From IMG/VR virus record IMGVR_UViG_3300044631_003060: a stretch of 20,000 nucleotides of DNA; one strand, given 5' to 3'. Below are positions 16,272-20,000 of the stretch, piece after piece (the stretch's first letter is position 1; each line of letters starts with the position of its first letter). Position numbers and translations under genes: made by a program. Under the pieces are notes generated by a model, which worked only from the letters and a program-made list of their open reading frames with translations, was not told the origin of the DNA and did not search any database. The stretch is from an uncultured virus (IMG/VR IMGVR_UViG_3300044631_003060). Its lineage: Duplodnaviria > Heunggongvirae > Uroviricota > Caudoviricetes.

Positions 16272-18695
16272 TTAAATATCGTCTAAGGTTAGATTAGTAT
16301 AGTCGGGCGGCAACATTCCACCTTTGGCAAAACCCGCATTGTTTACTTGGGTGTTAAAATGTTCGGCGGTAGCCCATTTGATTTGAGATTGTCTAAACAC
16401 CATATAAGAACCCGTTGTGTTTGGTTGTCCGTTTACAATATCTTGAAGATTGTCCTCATACATCATAATACCATCATAAAACGTATTGTCCCGCAAGTAA
16501 TTAATTAAGTTTGGATTGTGGTGTCGTATAAATTGCCAAAATTTCATTGGGGCGTTAAGATATTGCTCTAACACATCTTCTCCCCCCGCTTCGTATTGCT
16601 TGTACCTTGGCAATATTTGTTCAAGCGGCAAGTCATAAGTATCGCGTAAGTGTTCCATAATTTCTCTTATGGTAAACTCTTTTATTCCCATAAACATTAC
16701 ATCTATGGGGTTTTTTATATCAATAAACACTTGATACATGAAACCATCGCTTGACAAATTAGCAAACCATTGTGAGTATGAACGATTGTCGGCAAAATAG
16801 GCGGCGGGGAAATCGTTAAATCTCCACGACATGAAATCCGCCCGTGAGCCATGATAACAAACAATAGGTTCTTTTGTCCTTGAGTTTATTACCTTACTCA
16901 CGCCCGCGTAATTATCAAATTCGTATGCGTTTATCCAATCACCAAACCATGCCTTGAATTTTTCGGTACGGACTTTATCATATTGGCTATCGGTCAATTC
17001 GGATGGTTGTCCGTTAATGCTCAATCTCGTTGTAGGTGGTTCTTCTTTTTCTATGCGGGATATTTCTAAAGTTTTACCAAGTTTATCTATCAACTCCACA
17101 TTGGTATCGTATTCAAGGGCGTATTTATCCCTTTGCTCTCGCAATTCTTCTAACTTTCTATCTATTTGGTTTATTTTGGTTTTTTGATTTGGATTGGTAA
17201 AATCACGAATGGTTTGATATTGTAATATTTCAATATCCAAAGCATTGATTAATTCTCCGTATAGTTCCTTGTCGCTTTTCTCTTTTTTTCTATATTTTCT
17301 AATTAACTTTTCGGTATCGGTCATATTGCTATTGCCCCAACGATTTTCTATGTCCACAAAGTTTTCAACCATACCAAAAAACAAACTATCAACATCGGTG
17401 CGTGATTTAGCAAAGTCAATAGCATAAGTAATTCCATTACTCTCAAAAATTATAGCGGTAACACGGGTAACATTGTTTATGGGCGTAAAAAAACCTTTTA
17501 TAATGCAATCAAATATTTTATAGCGAACACCATTTGGATATTTTTTGTCGTAATCAATATTAACTTGTTTGTTTGTATTAAAACTATAATATGTTTTGCC
17601 ACTTATTTCATATTCCGACACTTCCTCTACATGATAATTTTCATCAACATATAAATTGCATTTAGCACCTACAAAAAGAACCATGTGTTCGTCGTGTTTT
17701 ATGGCTACATCGTCTTGCACTACTCCACTTATACTATGTCCCTCTAAGTTTTTACATACATATTTAGGATAACGCTCTTGATTTTTATTTTCTACCCAAT
17801 TATGGCTATAAAAAGAAGCATAATTATTGGTGGGATAAAACATTTTTCCCGCTCCTAATGACGAATTGTAAGATAATCGTAAGGCAAGCGTGCCAAATAG
17901 ATGTGGTTGTAGCAAAAGCGTATTTTCTTGTGTTGGATATTCTTGGTCTAAATGAATTGTCGGCGTGTTAATAACAACTACCCTATCGCTATTGTAATAT
18001 TGTAAATTAAAATCAAATTGATAATATTCATCATCCTCGTTTCTTCCAAGAGTTAATTTAACTAAAGCATCGTCGATAAATTCCAAATCTACCACGCGCC
18101 ACGGAATGTAGATATTATATCCCCTTTTTTCTATTACTTCTTCGTAGTATTTATTGCCAAACAATTCCCTATCTCTTTCGTTGTCATTAAATCGTTTTAC
18201 AAAAACATAAGAACCAACTACTACTAATTCATGCAATGATGCAAATTCGTTGTTGTTGCATTTTGCTGTGAAATTATCTTGGTTTTGCAACAATATACTT
18301 TCTATTATATATTTTTTGGTTCGCAAATCATCATTATATGTAAAAACCATTGATTGCCCTACATACGATTTATTAATTTCATCCTCTTCTTGTTTGGTTA
18401 TTAGCCCGCCCGTTGAATATTTTGTCTTTTTTATCTCGCCCCCTTTTTTGAAAGACACTCCACCATGGTCGCTATTTAGTTTGCTCATAATTTCTTTGGG
18501 TGTCATTTGCTTGCCCTCAAAATTGTATTTTCTTACGCTTTCAACGGCGGGCTTGGTTATGATAACTTCTCCGCCCTCCACCTCAATAGGTTGATTAGTG
18601 TCGGTTACTATGGCTTTTATACCGCCCTCGCTATGTGGTTTGCCTACAAGGTATCCGCCTTTTTTGGCATCTTTTGTTTTTATGGTTTTTTTCAT
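16272..18695 (-). CDS. Polyvalent-type protein with N-terminal GxxHxxGGI...EVEGGE module and C-terminal ART-PolyVal-like domain (paralogue 1)
   Basis: N-terminus GGYLVGKPHSEGGI...EVEGGEVII. C-terminal region VRTEKFKAWFGDW...SKVINSRTKEPIVCYHGS...AYFAD...IKNPID...YDGI...YMVFRQSQIK. A coiled coil precedes the ART domain. Confidence 0.78.
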   Translation of the reverse strand: MKKTIKTKDAKKGGYLVGKPHSEGGIKAIVTDTNQPIEVEGGEVIITKPAVESVRKYNFEGKQMTPKEIMSKLNSDHGGVSFKKGGEIKKTKYSTGGLITKQEEDEINKSYVGQSMVFTYNDDLRTKKYIIESILLQNQDNFTAKCNNNEFASLHELVVVGSYVFVKRFNDNERDRELFGNKYYEEVIEKRGYNIYIPWRVVDLEFIDDALVKLTLGRNEDDEYYQFDFNLQYYNSDRVVVINTPTIHLDQEYPTQENTLLLQPHLFGTLALRLSYNSSLGAGKMFYPTNNYASFYSHNWVENKNQERYPKYVCKNLEGHSISGVVQDDVAIKHDEHMVLFVGAKCNLYVDENYHVEEVSEYEISGKTYYSFNTNKQVNIDYDKKYPNGVRYKIFDCIIKGFFTPINNVTRVTAIIFESNGITYAIDFAKSRTDVDSLFFGMVENFVDIENRWGNSNMTDTEKLIRKYRKKEKSDKELYGELINALDIEILQYQTIRDFTNPNQKTKINQIDRKLEELREQRDKYALEYDTNVELIDKLGKTLEISRIEKEEPPTTRLSINGQPSELTDSQYDKVRTEKFKAWFGDWINAYEFDNYAGVSKVINSRTKEPIVCYHGSRADFMSWRFNDFPAAYFADNRSYSQWFANLSSDGFMYQVFIDIKNPIDVMFMGIKEFTIREIMEHLRDTYDLPLEQILPRYKQYEAGGEDVLEQYLNAPMKFWQFIRHHNPNLINYLRDNTFYDGIMMYEDNLQDIVNGQPNTTGSYMVFRQSQIKWATAEHFNTQVNNAGFAKGGMLPPDYTNLTLDDI

Positions 18696-18708
18696 CGAGA
18701 ATTTTTTA

Positions 18709-19584
18709 TCAAATATCTTCCAAAGTTAAATTAGAATAGTCGGGTGGTGGAATTATCCCGCCCTCTTTGTAGTTAGCGTCTATGTAAAACAAATCACCCT
18801 CATATTCAAAGCCTATTGCTTCTTGCCCCCATTCTTTTGCCCATTTGGCTATCATTTTCATAAGTTTTAATTTGTTTTCTTTGAAGGCTTCGGGCGTAGA
18901 ATAGGCGACTACCCTTACCACGTCCTCATTGACAAGCGCACCCTCGTTTGTAACGTAACCACCAACGGCATCGGCGGAAGTATAACCACCGAACATGCTT
19001 GCAAGCGTTCTTTTTACCATCGTTACCCTACCGCTCAAATCGTTTTTATGAATTTTTGTGCTTACATTGGATGTGCTTGGGACATATACCGCCATTTCAA
19101 TCGGCAAATGAAACATTTTATTTTGTTTCGGCAATCTTGGCTTAGATGACACTCTTCCCCCTTGCGCCATTTTTATCGTCATGCCACCTAATTGCAATTT
19201 AAGGTCTTTCAATCGCCTATAATAGTCAAGTGTTTCGTATATGTGGTCTTGGGCAATCGCCATTGCAATAGCGGGGTCATCGGTATGTTCCATTTCGTGC
19301 GCCATACCTTCGTCAAGTAGCGTAATCAATTTATCTTTTGATACGTTGTGTTTTGATAAAATTTCTTCAAAGGTGTGTTTTCCGACGGGCAAGTTTGGCT
19401 TAATTAAGTCGGGTATTTGTATTTCTTCCATCGTAATTTGAGTATTTGGATTGGTTTCAAGTATTATTTTTGTTGGCGTAAAATCATCATTAAGCGTTAC
19501 ATTTAACGCATCTTGCAAATCTATATTACTACCGACATTAAACGCTTTGTGGTCGTTTTGGTCATTAATAAATAACACTATCAT
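18709..19584 (-). CDS. Multi-module protein: DUF5661-like domain plus an alpha/beta domain bounded by GG motifs
   Basis: GMAHEMEHTDDPAIAMAIAQDHIYETLDYYRRL matches the GxxxExEH...IAxDHL...YYxxL signature of DUF5661. The second domain (AVYVPST...FGGYT...GGYV...EDVVRV...WGQEAIGFE) lies between MAQGG and YKEGG. Confidence 0.8.
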   Translation of the reverse strand: MIVLFINDQNDHKAFNVGSNIDLQDALNVTLNDDFTPTKIILETNPNTQITMEEIQIPDLIKPNLPVGKHTFEEILSKHNVSKDKLITLLDEGMAHEMEHTDDPAIAMAIAQDHIYETLDYYRRLKDLKLQLGGMTIKMAQGGRVSSKPRLPKQNKMFHLPIEMAVYVPSTSNVSTKIHKNDLSGRVTMVKRTLASMFGGYTSADAVGGYVTNEGALVNEDVVRVVAYSTPEAFKENKLKLMKMIAKWAKEWGQEAIGFEYEGDLFYIDANYKEGGIIPPPDYSNLTLEDI

Positions 19585-19627
19585 AGTTCTTTTAGCAACG
19601 CTTTTAATGTAAGTACAAACGATGCTT

Positions 19628-19635
19628 TATTTTTG
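19628..19635 (+). promoter_or_regulatory. Bacteroidota -7 promoter element for the small + strand ORF
   Basis: TATTTTTG is an exact TAnnTTTG match, 21 nt upstream of ATG 19657. The -33 match is weak (TTTA at 19603-19606). Confidence 0.5.
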
Positions 19636-19641
19636 TTATGT

Positions 19642-19673
19642 CAAATATATAGCAAAATGAAAGAATTTTTCAA
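19642..19673 (-). promoter_or_regulatory. Bacteroidota promoter for the leftward operon
   Basis: The minus strand reads TTG (19673-19671)-N21-TATATTTG (19649-19642), an exact TAnnTTTG match upstream of ATG 19584. Confidence 0.55.
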
Positions 19674-19764
19674 CATCAACAGCGACAAGTGGTTGGGCGG
19701 CGTGAATGTTCACAACACCATCACCATTGCCTTGCTCGGTTACATCGTTTACAAACTCCGTTAA
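19657..19764 (+). CDS. 35-aa small membrane peptide MKEFFNINSDKWLGGVNVHNTITIALLGYIVYKLR
   Basis: Not in the supplied track. It has an A-rich leader, an upstream promoter box and a downstream terminator. Codon choice is strongly C-ending (TTC, AAC, ATC, ACC, TAC, CAC), unlike its neighbours. The hydrophobic C-terminal stretch ends in KLR. Confidence 0.7.
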   Translation: MKEFFNINSDKWLGGVNVHNTITIALLGYIVYKLR

Positions 19765-19811
19765 TCGGATTTAGAACGACGTAAATCATGCCTGTGCAAT
19801 GACTACGCGAG

Positions 19812-19849
19812 TAGGGCGATTAGCGGAATGTTAGTCGCCTTATTTTTTT
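19812..19849 (+). terminator. Rho-independent terminator
   Basis: 13-bp stem TAGGGCGATTAGC / GTTAGTCGCCTTA with three G-U pairs, which favours the + strand. Loop GGAAT, followed by T7. Confidence 0.85.
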
Positions 19850-20000
19850 ATAGTAGTTCGCCAAATATAACTTTCCAAGTTTCCGCTATCTTGTCCCAAT
19901 CGTATTCGCTTAGTATTTCACTATACAAGCCCGTATCTACAAGTATTCCATTGTGGGCATCCATATATGCTTGTATCATTTGATTTGCGGTTTCTTCCAC
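19848..20000 (-). CDS. C-terminal end of a probable GT-B (GT4-like) glycosyltransferase, partial
   Basis: Manual translation gives VEETANQMIQAYMDAHNGILVDTGLYSEILSEYDWDKIAETWKVIFGELL*. YxWxxIAxxWxxxF is the typical last helix of GT4 enzymes, but only 50 aa are visible. Confidence 0.55.
   Translation of the reverse strand: MEETANQMIQAYMDAHNGILVDTGLYSEILSEYDWDKIAETWKVIFGELL

Noticed and set aside
12..19441. The many 60-125-aa ORFs on the + strand and in alternative - frames of the ORF track
   Set aside because: They lie within long minus-strand genes, have shadow-ORF composition and lack independent expression signals.
19657..19764. Small peptide as a double-glycine-leader bacteriocin
   Set aside because: It has GG at residues 14-15, but the leader lacks the typical LSxxELxxIxGG pattern and no peptidase-ABC transporter is in view.
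1..20000. CRISPR array, tRNA, rRNA or IS element
   Set aside because: I saw no regularly spaced repeat-spacer units, cloverleafs, transposase motifs or terminal inverted repeats. Nearly all sequence is coding.
1..20000. Stop-codon reassignment as in some Bacteroidota phages
   Set aside because: Genes are long and tightly packed under the standard code, ending in TAA or TGA, with no fragmentation by in-frame TAG.

Overview
AT-rich, gene-dense window with almost every gene on the minus strand, most consistent with a large phage (or phage-like element) of a Bacteroidota host. Starts lack Shine-Dalgarno motifs and TAnnTTTG promoter boxes are present. In transcription order (right to left): the end of a probable GT-B glycosyltransferase; a 35-aa membrane peptide gene on the + strand with a structured 3' region and terminator; a DUF5661-containing protein; two tandem paralogues ending in an ART-PolyVal-like ADP-ribosyltransferase domain; a 719-aa polyproline/repeat protein; a MoxR/CobS-like AAA+ ATPase with a vWA-like partner; a 99-aa ORF; a 1686-aa linker-segmented protein; and two modular proteins (811 aa, and a partial ORF missing from the supplied track). 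Three signals stand out. (1) A recurrent [FY]xxGG motif, often in doublets, marks module boundaries in five proteins, suggesting protease-processed polyproteins or a packaging signal for virion-carried effectors. (2) Three otherwise unrelated proteins share a C-terminal L[TD]L[DE]DI tag. (3) CAG/CTG is extremely depleted, and GATC, CCGG and GGCC appear absent. All family assignments come from motif recognition by eye, with no database search.
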